53,033 nucleotides of DNA, taken from positions 1-53,033 of the forward strand of contig JBNKNM010000018.1 of assembly GCA_050293845.1 (NCBI GenBank), given 5' to 3'. Made by a program: the position numbers and the translations under genes. Below the pieces are notes generated by a model, which did no database searches, was not told the DNA's origin, and worked only from the letters and a program-made list of their open reading frames with translations. The DNA comes from Pseudobacteriovorax sp. (GTDB lineage: Bacteria; Bdellovibrionota_B; Oligoflexia; Oligoflexales; Oligoflexaceae). Of the stretch, positions 11,427-21,365 are shown one piece after another (within the stretch, counting starts at the first letter, position 1; each line of letters begins with the position of its first letter).

Positions 11427-12403
11427 AGGACAATTCCATGATTCAAGCCTTTTAGGGGAGGCAGGGCGTCGCCCGTGGAATCTGTGAGCAAAGCAGCAAA
11501 AGGTCCAAACCCGTGGGTGTTTTGCAAGTTCCATAGCATGGCAAATCTCAAATAATTCTTTAGGGCTAGACTGCCATCAAAACATGATGACAGCACCACT
11601 TGATCAGCATGCACACGACCCTCCTGCAACCATCGGATGATTTTTGCAAAGTTTAATCTCTGAGGTTTCACGATAAGGCGATCTGTAGCCCTTAAGGAAA
11701 CTGTTTCCTGATCCCAGACACTCTCGTCGTAAGCAATAGGAAACTCAGTGTTCCTTTCGTGCTTTGACGATGGTTCTTCCACATACTCTAAGCAATCAGG
11801 TGATAATAAAGCGATAAAGGCCTCAATATCCTGAAGAGATAGGGATTGATTGGTGTCCAGCCTGAGACGGCATGTCTCGGGCAGGGTTTGGACTAAGTTA
11901 CGAAATGCCTCAAGTTCTTTAGACTTTGCACGTCGTCCTAACTTCACTTTAAAACAGCGATAACCCTTATCCAAAAAATCATGTAATTGCGCCTCCCAAC
12001 CATCACAAAATACGACAAGGCCAGCCACCCTGAAGTTAAAAGCTTGCCCTTGGGGATAAAGGATTTGAAAATGACGATGTATGATGAGCTGCTCCACAAC
12101 ATTTGCTACAGATGGAAACAAATTTTCAGCACCAGGTAGGCCAAATCCGGCTAGAGTAAAATCGTAGCTCTTTGACGATACGAAACAAGCAATGGCATCA
12201 CTCCATTGCTTGAGCTGCGCCCATGCTTCTGCAAAGGTTTCCTGATTGACTCCGGGGAACGGTCCCAATTCAGCTTCAAGCACTCCCTGCATTCCTGCCC
12301 CCTCTACGCGCGCTACCTCGCGCACTGAGATCGTAAAACCATTGTGAAAATATGGTTCCTTCAGGAGTAAACTCATAGATTTCAGTTGTAGTTGGGGCTT
12401 CAT
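11423..12403 (-). CDS. menC: O-succinylbenzoate synthase (enolase superfamily)
   Basis: FKVKLG (KxK), RLDTNQ, YVEEP, IAYDES and IVKP catalytic or metal ligands; men operon context. Confidence 0.85.
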   Translation of the reverse strand: MKPQLQLKSMSLLLKEPYFHNGFTISVREVARVEGAGMQGVLEAELGPFPGVNQETFAEAWAQLKQWSDAIACFVSSKSYDFTLAGFGLPGAENLFPSVANVVEQLIIHRHFQILYPQGQAFNFRVAGLVVFCDGWEAQLHDFLDKGYRCFKVKLGRRAKSKELEAFRNLVQTLPETCRLRLDTNQSLSLQDIEAFIALLSPDCLEYVEEPSSKHERNTEFPIAYDESVWDQETVSLRATDRLIVKPQRLNFAKIIRWLQEGRVHADQVVLSSCFDGSLALKNYLRFAMLWNLQNTHGFGPFAALLTDSTGDALPPLKGLNHGIVL

Positions 12404-13293
12404 TATAGCAACACAAGTGAACTAAATAAAAAGCAATAAAATACTACAAAAATAGATGTTTTTTTGAGTGCTTCATTTAATCGTTGCCGTCGCCAGTTTA
12501 GCAGTGGCTTTAATCCCAAAAAGCTAACAAGCCAGAGAATAACGAACAAAATCGTACCTAAGATCAGCTTGTCACTTTTAACGGCAAAATCTAAAATACA
12601 GAATAGACTTAACAAGATGAAGAACCAAGGAAGTTGGTTACCTAACCAAAGGGGAGCCAGCACTGCTATGGTCTTTTTTTTCGTCAACCGATCTGTTTCA
12701 CGATCCCGGAGATTATTGATCGCCATAACGGCAGCAGCTAAAAATCCTGGTCCCAAAGAGATAGCCATGTCTTCAAACTGCCAGCTGCGACTTTGTAAGT
12801 AGGCACTTCCCAGGATGGCAACAGGTCCAAAAAACAACAGGGCCGCAAACTCTCCGAGGGCGTAATGGGACAGTGGAAAAGGTCCCCCCGTATAAAGATA
12901 TGCAAACAAGCAGGAAAATAAAGCTATGATAACAAGCTGAATTCCTCCATAACTTCCCAAGCCAACCCCAATCAGCAAAGCTGCAGCTAGCATGCTAGCA
13001 TAGGCCCAGGTCGCAGCATTCTTTGACAGCAGACCGGATGCAACCACCCGCATAGGACCCACACGGTGCTCATTGTCCACACCTGATTCCGCATCTTTTA
13101 CATCATTAATTAGGTTCGCAGCACTCTGCATTAGAATTACAACCAGTAAAGCTAATGCAAATGTTACAATGTTTAATTTCCTATCATTCCCCTGATAGCC
13201 CAAAGCCGTCCCTAAAAAGACGGGACTAACCCCCAACAAAAGAGTCGCTGGCCGCGACCCGATGATGATTGCTTTGATGATACGCTCACTCAT
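12403..13293 (-). CDS. menA: 1,4-dihydroxy-2-naphthoate polyprenyltransferase
   Basis: RPATL, ANLINDVKDAESGVD, YTGGPFPL and NNLRDRETDR motifs; multiple TM helices. Confidence 0.93.
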   Translation of the reverse strand: MSERIIKAIIIGSRPATLLLGVSPVFLGTALGYQGNDRKLNIVTFALALLVVILMQSAANLINDVKDAESGVDNEHRVGPMRVVASGLLSKNAATWAYASMLAAALLIGVGLGSYGGIQLVIIALFSCLFAYLYTGGPFPLSHYALGEFAALLFFGPVAILGSAYLQSRSWQFEDMAISLGPGFLAAAVMAINNLRDRETDRLTKKKTIAVLAPLWLGNQLPWFFILLSLFCILDFAVKSDKLILGTILFVILWLVSFLGLKPLLNWRRQRLNEALKKTSIFVVFYCFLFSSLVLL

Positions 13294-13303
13294 TTATTTT
13301 TCC

Positions 13304-14989
13304 TTAAAGCTGTTTTAGTGTATCGTAAATCATCTGGTCCCTATCGACAGGAATCACTACTTCAAAAAATCTAGGGTGGTCCAAGGGTTGATTTAGTGCG
13401 AAAGTCCAAGATTTTTTATCAGTAATTTTGATGTAATCTAAGCCTGCTCCTTGACAAAAAGAAGAGAAGTCAAAGCTGTGAGGAGTTGCGATATAGGGAT
13501 TCAGCAGTTTGGGAAATTCGCCGATGGGCAGTTTCGTAAATATCCCACCACCATTGTTATTTAAACAAAAGATCCGTACTGGCAGATCCAATTGCACCAA
13601 TTGCAACAAAGAGTTTAAGTCATGGATCATCGAAACATCACCGAGAACAAGATCTACCCAGTCTCGCGTGCCTATAGCGACACCCATGGCAGTGGCTAAT
13701 AAGCCCTCAATACCGCTGGCCCCTCGGTTTGCAAAAATCTGATGATGAGCACTATTGCATTGCTGAAAAACCCACGTATCAAATGCACGTATGGTACTAG
13801 AATTTCCCAGAAACAACTGGCTATGACCCGATTTTAATAGCTCTTTAGCCACCCAAGGCATTGATAATGGAGCTTCATTGATACAATCCTGAGCAGCTGC
13901 TTTAAACCGATGAAGCTCCCCTCGTTGCACTTCGGATCTTGCAGATTTAACCTTGACAGTATCGAGCCAAGTAAAATGATTGACAGCAATGTGAAGGGCG
14001 GGAGTCATTGCCGGATTTTGACCACGCACATCCTGGGAAAAGATCCGGTAGGACAATGATTCAATTCGGTTTTCAAAGTATAAGTCTAAATACTTACTGG
14101 TCACATGACTGCCAAGCTGCACCACTAAATCGGGCTTATAATGCTCCAGAAACTGACAACCAAATGGCAATTCTAAATCCACCAAACGATCCATCCTAAG
14201 GGCAAGAGAACTATTAATGTCAGCATAAACAGGCCAGTTCAATTTCTGGGAAAACTCGTAAATACTCCTTATATCCTGCCTGTTATGGAGGCGTCCGATG
14301 ACCAATAAGCCACGGCGAGCCTGGGCGATATCCTTTTCCAGCCGAGATATCTCTTGCTCATGGGGGTTCAGGATCGAAGGTGATTGCTGGAGGATTTGAA
14401 TAGGTCGTTCATCAAAAGCCTTTATTTTTTGATGCACTTCTTCAACTGGTTCTAGACGACCTCGCAGAGGGATATTAATATGCACTACCCCCCGGGGATA
14501 ATTGTAACAGCTGCGATAGGCCACAGACATCAATGCGTCCAGTGCTTGAGGAGTTATGCTACCTTCGGGGGTTGGCAGTGACATATAATCTTTACCGTAG
14601 GAGCCAAAAAACGAGCTATGGTCTATAGCCTGATTAGCTCCTGTAAAGGTTAGCTCAACAGGCCGATCGCAACTCAATACTAGCATTGGTATTTGCTCAG
14701 TTGCAGCTTCTATAACAGCCGGTAGATAATTGGCAGCTGCTGTGCCAGAGGTGCAAACCAAGGCCGCAGCACAACCTGTTGCTTTAGCAAGCCCCAGGGC
14801 CATGTAGGCTCCTACTCGCTCATCCATGCAAGACACTAGCCGGGCTTGGGCACTATTTGTCAAAGCTGCAATTAAGGGGGCATCCCGATATCCAGGGGAT
14901 ACAAAAAAAGTCTGAACCCCACGACCTACCAAATTATCGACAAGGCGCTGGCACCAAGCAATATTAATATTAGGGCTGGCGGGGCTCAT
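13304..14989 (-). CDS. menD: SEPHCHC synthase (ThDP-dependent)
   Basis: SPGYRDAPL, DERVGAY, CTSGTAAANY, DRP, ANRGASGIEG and GDVSMIHDLNSL...NNNGGGIF. Confidence 0.95.
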   Translation of the reverse strand: MSPASPNINIAWCQRLVDNLVGRGVQTFFVSPGYRDAPLIAALTNSAQARLVSCMDERVGAYMALGLAKATGCAAALVCTSGTAAANYLPAVIEAATEQIPMLVLSCDRPVELTFTGANQAIDHSSFFGSYGKDYMSLPTPEGSITPQALDALMSVAYRSCYNYPRGVVHINIPLRGRLEPVEEVHQKIKAFDERPIQILQQSPSILNPHEQEISRLEKDIAQARRGLLVIGRLHNRQDIRSIYEFSQKLNWPVYADINSSLALRMDRLVDLELPFGCQFLEHYKPDLVVQLGSHVTSKYLDLYFENRIESLSYRIFSQDVRGQNPAMTPALHIAVNHFTWLDTVKVKSARSEVQRGELHRFKAAAQDCINEAPLSMPWVAKELLKSGHSQLFLGNSSTIRAFDTWVFQQCNSAHHQIFANRGASGIEGLLATAMGVAIGTRDWVDLVLGDVSMIHDLNSLLQLVQLDLPVRIFCLNNNGGGIFTKLPIGEFPKLLNPYIATPHSFDFSSFCQGAGLDYIKITDKKSWTFALNQPLDHPRFFEVVIPVDRDQMIYDTLKQL

Positions 14990-16358
14990 GATCTTCTATT
15001 CCAAGGGAAAATATATCCGAAAAATTCTTCATCTTGACTTCTGTTTCAGCCCATTCTGCTGCAGGGTCAGACTGTGATACAATGCCAGCACCCGCATAGA
15101 TGCGAGCGCGCGCACCATTGATTAAAGCTGAGCGAATACCAATGGCAAAATCGCCGTTACTCCCGTCGGTAAAACCGACTGCACCAGTAAACAACCCCCG
15201 TGAAAATGGTTCTGAGGCATTGATATATTGAGCAGCAATGGCAGTGGGACAACCGCCGACTGCAGGTGTAGGGTGTAAAGCTCGCAACAAGTCGACCGGT
15301 GAGCAGCCTTCCTGAGTATTAGCCTGAAATTGCGACCGAATATGTTGAACATTTTTTAAGCGAAAGAGCTGTTCCTTTTCCGTTTGGATAACTTTTTCAC
15401 AATAACGTTCTAAAGTATTCTTCACAAAGCTGGTCACAAAGCGGTGCTCTTCTAAATCCTTTAATGAAGTCCTTAATTCCTGAGCATCGGTAAAGTCTTG
15501 CGATGAGCCTTGCGAACGTTTCCGGGTTCCCGCCACAGCATCGACATAGACATGCTGATGATCCCAAGACAGAAGCCGTTCGGGAGAGCGTCCCACAAAT
15601 GCTTTTCCTGAGGGTGACATAAACAAAAACAGATAGCTTCGCTCACAGATAGCGGCGAGCCGACTCATCAATAAACCTAAATCGATGTCATGCTCAAATG
15701 TCACTTCCTTCATGCGACTCAAAACTATTTTTTCAGCATTTTTATCCCTGATAGTTCCAATAATTTCCTGAATCAAACCCTGCCATTCCTGATAGGGGGG
15801 ATAATTGTATTCCATCCTTACGAGGTTGTCAGCGCCCTTTCCTACTCCACTCAATGTAGCCGGTGTATAGTCGCGGTACAAAGTCATGAGTTTTGCTAAA
15901 ATCGAGTCCTGATTATCTTCAGGTGCAGCTAGGACCCTTAAGGTCAGGACATTAGAGGTCTCACCTAGCTTCCACTCAACCTCCGGTAGCACCATGAATT
16001 CGTGGCTAAACTCCTGCCATTCTTCACCCAGGGACGTTGCAGGAAAAGCCAGTCCACCAAAGAATCTTTGTCCGGCAAACCCTTTTTGAGTCACTGCTTG
16101 ACTGGACTTATAGCTAAAAAGGCTTCCCATCCCCACAATTACTTCATGGCAATCTTTAGAACGCCAAAAAAATTTCCAGCATTGCCTATTAAAATTAACC
16201 AAACCGAAAGGATTTAATGGCCCTTTCCATGGCAGCTCCACAGTTACGATGTTTCCGACATCTGACGCGACGGACTTCCACTTTTGGGTCTGAAGAAGGT
16301 GCCTTAGGTCTTGGGAAGGAGCAGCAGTTTTTACTTGTATGTAGCCGGATTCGGTCAA
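14970..16358 (-). CDS. menF: Isochorismate synthase
   Basis: KIVLSR, SPERL, AVAGT, EHRFV, LHPTPAVGG and YAGAGIV...EWAET motifs. TTG start overlaps the menG stop. Confidence 0.92.
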   Translation of the reverse strand: MTESGYIQVKTAAPSQDLRHLLQTQKWKSVASDVGNIVTVELPWKGPLNPFGLVNFNRQCWKFFWRSKDCHEVIVGMGSLFSYKSSQAVTQKGFAGQRFFGGLAFPATSLGEEWQEFSHEFMVLPEVEWKLGETSNVLTLRVLAAPEDNQDSILAKLMTLYRDYTPATLSGVGKGADNLVRMEYNYPPYQEWQGLIQEIIGTIRDKNAEKIVLSRMKEVTFEHDIDLGLLMSRLAAICERSYLFLFMSPSGKAFVGRSPERLLSWDHQHVYVDAVAGTRKRSQGSSQDFTDAQELRTSLKDLEEHRFVTSFVKNTLERYCEKVIQTEKEQLFRLKNVQHIRSQFQANTQEGCSPVDLLRALHPTPAVGGCPTAIAAQYINASEPFSRGLFTGAVGFTDGSNGDFAIGIRSALINGARARIYAGAGIVSQSDPAAEWAETEVKMKNFSDIFSLGIEDHEPRQP

Positions 16359-17062
16359 TTTTTGTCACCCCAATAGAGATTGACAATGCCCATGGTTAGC
16401 TCCTCATATCGCGTTGTATCAAAGCCACATTCTTCAATAATATGAGTAAACCTTTCTCCATAGGGAAATTCTTCGATGGTCTCATTTAAGTATTTGTAAG
16501 CAACATCATTACCGGAAAAAGCTTTCCCTACTTTAGGGAGAATGTTTCGCAAATAAAATAAGTGTAAATTCCTGACTAGTTTTGAGGATGGTAAGGCAAA
16601 CTCTAGAATAATTAGTCTCCCTCCCGGCTTCAGGACCCGATAGCACTCTGATATACATGCTTTAACATCAGGGATATTTCTAATACCGAAAGAAATGGTT
16701 ACGGCATCATAGCTGCTATCAGCGAAAGGTAGGTGCTGCGCGTCGCCAACCCTGAGATCAATCTTCCCCTGGTATTTTTTCTTAGCAACTTTGATTAGCC
16801 CTTGTTCAATCATCCCTTGTGACATATCAATACCATCCACATGACTTACATGTGGTGAGCTCACAAGCTCCAGTGCCACGTCAGCAGTTCCTGTTGCAAG
16901 GTCTAGCACTTTCATTCTATTTCTTCGGGGTAGGGTTTCACGAATTAATTTCCGCCACTTACCGTGTAAGCCAAAAGAGAGAACGGAGTTAATAAAGTCA
17001 TAACGACCAGCAATATCGTTAAACAGTTTAAAGGATTCATTTTTTGAATGGGATAATGCCAT
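16355..17062 (-). CDS. menG: Demethylmenaquinone methyltransferase (UbiE/MenG)
   Basis: FNDIAGRYDFINSVLSFG, LDLATGTAD, ISFGIRN, RVLKPGG and YKYLNETIEEFP. Start placed at ATG 17062. Confidence 0.93.
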   Translation of the reverse strand: MALSHSKNESFKLFNDIAGRYDFINSVLSFGLHGKWRKLIRETLPRRNRMKVLDLATGTADVALELVSSPHVSHVDGIDMSQGMIEQGLIKVAKKKYQGKIDLRVGDAQHLPFADSSYDAVTISFGIRNIPDVKACISECYRVLKPGGRLIILEFALPSSKLVRNLHLFYLRNILPKVGKAFSGNDVAYKYLNETIEEFPYGERFTHIIEECGFDTTRYEELTMGIVNLYWGDKN

Positions 17063-17304
17063 ATTTAGACTTCCAATTGTCAAAGTTCACGTTTATATAA
17101 ACCATTTGTTCCAGCCGGTTCAACTGAAAAGCACTTTTCGACTAGATACCATCGTTGATGGTAAGAGAAGCTTTGCATCTTTTGTACGTTTGAGGCAGTT
17201 TATATCCGAATTAGATCGGTGAAGGGGAACTTTGCCCCCATATCCTACATGGAATCTATAGCTACTTTTAGCTGTTTAAGAAACTGTAAACTTAGGAAGG
17301 TATC

Positions 17305-18273
17305 GTGAGTATCGCCGGAATCAACCATGCGTTATCGAGTGAAGTCAAGGCTAGCCTTGAAAACCTCCAATTTGATTTGCGCCAATGGGATCAAAATCCC
17401 AGAATCGGCGGACTGTTAAGCCAAACAGTGTTGTCCGGCGGAAAAAGGTTGCGCCCCCTACTAACGCTGCTTGTTGCTGACCTATTCGGGGTATCTCACC
17501 AAGAAATTAGCCCCTTTGCAAGGGTTGTGGAGCTAGTTCACGCAGCTACTTTGGCACATGATGATGTGATCGATAATGCCACGCTACGTCGCGGTCACCC
17601 CTCGATCAATATGGCTGCCAGTAATAAAAAAGCTGTACTGGCTGGCGATTATCTGTTGGCCTACTCCTTACAGGAGGTGGCTCAGTACCAACGACCTCAT
17701 TTAGTCACATGCCTCGCTGAGATTATTAGGGATCTCGCAGAGGGTGAATGGCTGCAAATGGAGAACAGCACTAAAGACATACTCCACGAGGAGGATGTTG
17801 AGCTAGTCGCCCTTAAAAAGACAGGGAGTGTTTTAAGGTGGTGCACCCAGGCAGCCCCTCTATATCAAGAACAATCTGCAAGCATCGTTGAAAAAGCTAG
17901 GGAATTTGGCGAGTCTTTAGGTGTGGCTTTTCAGATGACTGATGATATCCTAGATTTCAAAAGAAAAGATGGTGCTGAGTTTGCCGATATCAAAAATAGA
18001 GTCATCAATTCTGTCATATTCACAAATATATGTTTAAGTTATGGCACTAAAAGTATCAATACCCGTGCTATGGAAAAAATCGAAATCAACAAGGACTACC
18101 TGGAAACAGCTATAAACCAAGTCCGTTCAAGAGTCACAGACAAACTGGATCGATGTAAAAAGATATTACTGGAATTTATGGATCTCCCTGTAGCGTCTGC
18201 GCGTGCTAAAAAAAGAGAAGAAAGCTTTTTTGCATTAAGCTGCGTGATCGAATATCTAGTCAATAGGGTATGA
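17305..18273 (+). CDS. Long-chain polyprenyl diphosphate synthase (IspB/HepT-like)
   Basis: GGKRLRP, FARM HDDVID, RRG and SARM DDILD; small residues before the FARM (ATLAH) fit a long-chain product; divergent from the men operon. Confidence 0.9.
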   Translation: MSIAGINHALSSEVKASLENLQFDLRQWDQNPRIGGLLSQTVLSGGKRLRPLLTLLVADLFGVSHQEISPFARVVELVHAATLAHDDVIDNATLRRGHPSINMAASNKKAVLAGDYLLAYSLQEVAQYQRPHLVTCLAEIIRDLAEGEWLQMENSTKDILHEEDVELVALKKTGSVLRWCTQAAPLYQEQSASIVEKAREFGESLGVAFQMTDDILDFKRKDGAEFADIKNRVINSVIFTNICLSYGTKSINTRAMEKIEINKDYLETAINQVRSRVTDKLDRCKKILLEFMDLPVASARAKKREESFFALSCVIEYLVNRV

Positions 18274-18276
18274 AAT

Positions 18277-18843
18277 ATGCATCAACCCACGAACAATATT
18301 CCTGAGTTAGAAGAGCTGGCTCATCAGATTGGTGAGTTCATGGAATATTGGGGGTACAAAAAAGTCCACGGCCATATCTGGTGCCACCTTTTTTTATCCT
18401 CTCGCCCCCTTGATGCAGCAGATATTATGCACAGGCTCAACATATCCAAAGCATTGGTTAGCATTTCCCTCAAAGAGCTTTTACAGCATGGCGTCATCGA
18501 AGAAGCTGAAAAGAGCGAACGCGGCACCCGCACCTATCGCGCTAGAGAGGATATTACCCAACCAATATTGGAAACCCTTCGCAGACGCGAACAACGAATG
18601 ATTACAAGAATTTTAGGGGCTCATACCATTCTTTCGCGCTTTGAAAATACAGAATTACAGCAGCTAGATATCGACCGCAGGAAGCTAGAATTCTTAGGGA
18701 ATATGATCCGTTTTGTGGATATGAGTCTAGATAACATAGTCAAGAGGCGCTGGAGTGCCATCGCTGATTTTTTTAATCTAAAATCGCGAATTTTTCCAAA
18801 GCAAAATCCAGAAAATAACTTCGATAAGAGCAGCTCTCAGTAG
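18277..18843 (+). CDS. GbsR/MarR-family transcriptional regulator
   Basis: IGEFMEYWGYKKVHGHIW N-terminus typical of the GbsR family; wHTH LDAADIMHRLNISKALVSISLKEL. Starts 3 bp after the prenyl synthase stop. Confidence 0.8.
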   Translation: MHQPTNNIPELEELAHQIGEFMEYWGYKKVHGHIWCHLFLSSRPLDAADIMHRLNISKALVSISLKELLQHGVIEEAEKSERGTRTYRAREDITQPILETLRRREQRMITRILGAHTILSRFENTELQQLDIDRRKLEFLGNMIRFVDMSLDNIVKRRWSAIADFFNLKSRIFPKQNPENNFDKSSSQ

Positions 18844-18907
18844 GCAAATAATTATAGCTTATGACCCCTATAATAATAGATGCATCTTATTATTTCTGGG
18901 TTTCGGA

Positions 18908-21349
18908 TTGGCTAAAGTTATAACATTCCTGGCTATTGCCGCAATGCTCCTTGGTTGCAACGAGCAGGCTCAAGATATTCACACTCTCGAGTGGAAACAG
19001 GAAGGGAACTTTTACAAAATCACTCCCTGGAATACACCTTTTTCTCAGGTAAAGAATCCGTACAACTGGAAGAGCTACCCTCCCGCAAATGATTTTATCC
19101 CTAGTACAAAACATCAAGCCCTTTGGCTGCAGCTAAGCTCGGATATATTTCAGCAGCCAGAAACGTATATGTTGCTCTTCGATTGTGACTACCTCACAGA
19201 ACTTTATCAAGGAAATCAACTTGTTACCAAGTTTGCCGCATATTCTCCCCATGCTCCCGAGTTCTATCAGATTAAAACAAGTTTGCATTTTGCCCATTTA
19301 CCTCTACAAGAACCAAAAGTATATCTTAAAATTTTGGATCATCCCGACCTATTCAACACTAATCGCTGCGAGAATATTTATTTCGGCTCGCTTCCCGCAA
19401 TGATCACCCAACTCTTTTCCAAAGAAATGCCTGAATTCGTATTTGGCTGCATCGGCATCCTTCTCTCGTTTATTATTTTTGTCATTGTTGGTTTTTACCG
19501 CACTCCGTCCCTGCAGTATTTTGGAGTTTTTTGTCTTTTTTATGGCTTGTCTCACGCCCTGGGTCAAAAATTGGTTTGGTTTATATCTGGAACAAGTCGC
19601 ATTTGGTGGGATTTATGGCTCATTACCATGATCGTCTTTCCTATAGGTTTTCTGCTCTTCTACCGTAATGTTTTAAAGATTGGCTCCAAAATTATTTTGA
19701 CTTATGCTCTGATAAATGCAGTTTTTTTATTTATTGGCATCATATGCATTTTGTTTAACTTTGGTATAGCTCCTTTTGCAATTCTTGACATTCATTATTA
19801 TTTACTTGCCTTTGAAATTCTGACTATGATGTGCTTCAGTATATACGGAAGTATTACTCTCAAAAACTACAATCGCATCATTGCCATCGCCACCATCCCT
19901 CTTTTTTTTCTATTTGGGAGTGATCTTCTCATTGTAATGGGGCTTATCAAATATCCCTACATTTCTTACATTGGTGTACTCATCATATTCTTAATTCTTG
20001 TTGCTCTCGTTGTTTCAAAGCATATGTCTCGCCTGAAAATGCTTGAGAATGAGCGATTTGAAAAACTAGAGATGAACAGGGTCAGGCTTGAGAGTGAAGT
20101 TGAAAAGAGAACCCTAGAACTTGCACAAAAAGCAAAGATCGTTCTTAAATCTAATAAGGAGCTTGAAGACAGCAATCTTCTTTTAAAAGCAACAAACCAG
20201 CAGCTGCAAAACGCTAATGTCCATACTACGCAAGTCTTGAATCGCATCTCGCAAATAGAACGACAAAATATTAAAAAGCTCAAGCAGCTCTTTAATCACC
20301 CCACCGTTGATCACAATTTAAAGGAGGCAGGATTAGTAGAAATTGCATCTTTAGAGGAAGATTTATTACCTATTACATCAACGTACTTATCAGCTAAGGC
20401 TATTGAAGATAAACGTGTCCTTCACCTATCAGATGATAGGAAGGATATTAACCTCACTAAGATTGCTCTAGGCGGTACCTATATTAAGTTAGACCAAACT
20501 CAAGATCCCCATGACTGCTTACGAAAACTCAGCCAAAAATCATATGACCTCCTGATTGTAACTCCCCTTTTTCTCGATATTGCTAAAATCTGTCATGATA
20601 ATTTCCCACTAACAAAAATAATCCTCATGACAAACGATCAATTTGCATCCCAAATTGATAACCTCTTAGAACGAAAATATATTTCAAACTTGATCTTTAA
20701 GGATTATAAGGACCCTTCATTCAGCCTTAGAAACTTAGTTACAACCATCACTACCATCATTACTGAAGATTACTTCGGAATCAGTAAATACTTAGCATGG
20801 GGCGCTAGCATTCGCGAAATTCCGGTTACCGGGAGTGAAGCTAGGCAAGAAGTTATCCAACAGATGTCTGAGTTTCTCAAAGGTGCTGGAGTTCGGAGAT
20901 CTTCAATTAACAAAGCAGTACTTATTTGCGACGAGATGCTTATGAATATCATTTATGACGCCCCCGTTGACGAAGTTGGAAATCCCAAGTATAACCATCT
21001 GCCACGCACTGAGGCTATTCACCTCAGTCCATCTGAACAAGGCTCTCTTAAGTTTGGTTTTGACGGTAGTTTAATTGCTATAGCAGGACAAGATCCCTTT
21101 GGAGTTTTAACACGGGAAACGATCCTTAAGTACGTTCAGTCCTGTTATAAAGGCCGCTATGGTGCTATCAATAAGGAATTGGGGAAAGGTGGAGGTGGCA
21201 TGGGTATTTTCCAGATTTTATCATCTTCGGACCTGGTTATTGTAAATGTTAAAAAAGGGGTGAAAACAGAGTTTGTCAGCCTTATTAACGTCATATCACA
21301 CTCAAAAACAGATCGCCATACCACTTCGTTTCAATTCTTTAAAGTTTAA
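18908..21349 (+). CDS. Membrane sensor: lipoprotein signal, periplasmic domain, about 7 TM helices, coiled coil, pseudo-receiver and RsbW-like HATPase
   Basis: Lipobox MLLGC; hydrophobic helices at about aa 175-370; heptad region LESEVEKRTLEL...; receiver-like RVLHLSDD...YDLLIVT; ATPase boxes DEMLMNIIYDAP, QDPFG and GGGGMG. Confidence 0.7.
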   Translation: MAKVITFLAIAAMLLGCNEQAQDIHTLEWKQEGNFYKITPWNTPFSQVKNPYNWKSYPPANDFIPSTKHQALWLQLSSDIFQQPETYMLLFDCDYLTELYQGNQLVTKFAAYSPHAPEFYQIKTSLHFAHLPLQEPKVYLKILDHPDLFNTNRCENIYFGSLPAMITQLFSKEMPEFVFGCIGILLSFIIFVIVGFYRTPSLQYFGVFCLFYGLSHALGQKLVWFISGTSRIWWDLWLITMIVFPIGFLLFYRNVLKIGSKIILTYALINAVFLFIGIICILFNFGIAPFAILDIHYYLLAFEILTMMCFSIYGSITLKNYNRIIAIATIPLFFLFGSDLLIVMGLIKYPYISYIGVLIIFLILVALVVSKHMSRLKMLENERFEKLEMNRVRLESEVEKRTLELAQKAKIVLKSNKELEDSNLLLKATNQQLQNANVHTTQVLNRISQIERQNIKKLKQLFNHPTVDHNLKEAGLVEIASLEEDLLPITSTYLSAKAIEDKRVLHLSDDRKDINLTKIALGGTYIKLDQTQDPHDCLRKLSQKSYDLLIVTPLFLDIAKICHDNFPLTKIILMTNDQFASQIDNLLERKYISNLIFKDYKDPSFSLRNLVTTITTIITEDYFGISKYLAWGASIREIPVTGSEARQEVIQQMSEFLKGAGVRRSSINKAVLICDEMLMNIIYDAPVDEVGNPKYNHLPRTEAIHLSPSEQGSLKFGFDGSLIAIAGQDPFGVLTRETILKYVQSCYKGRYGAINKELGKGGGGMGIFQILSSSDLVIVNVKKGVKTEFVSLINVISHSKTDRHTTSFQFFKV

Positions 21350-21365
21350 TCCAAACCACAAAATA

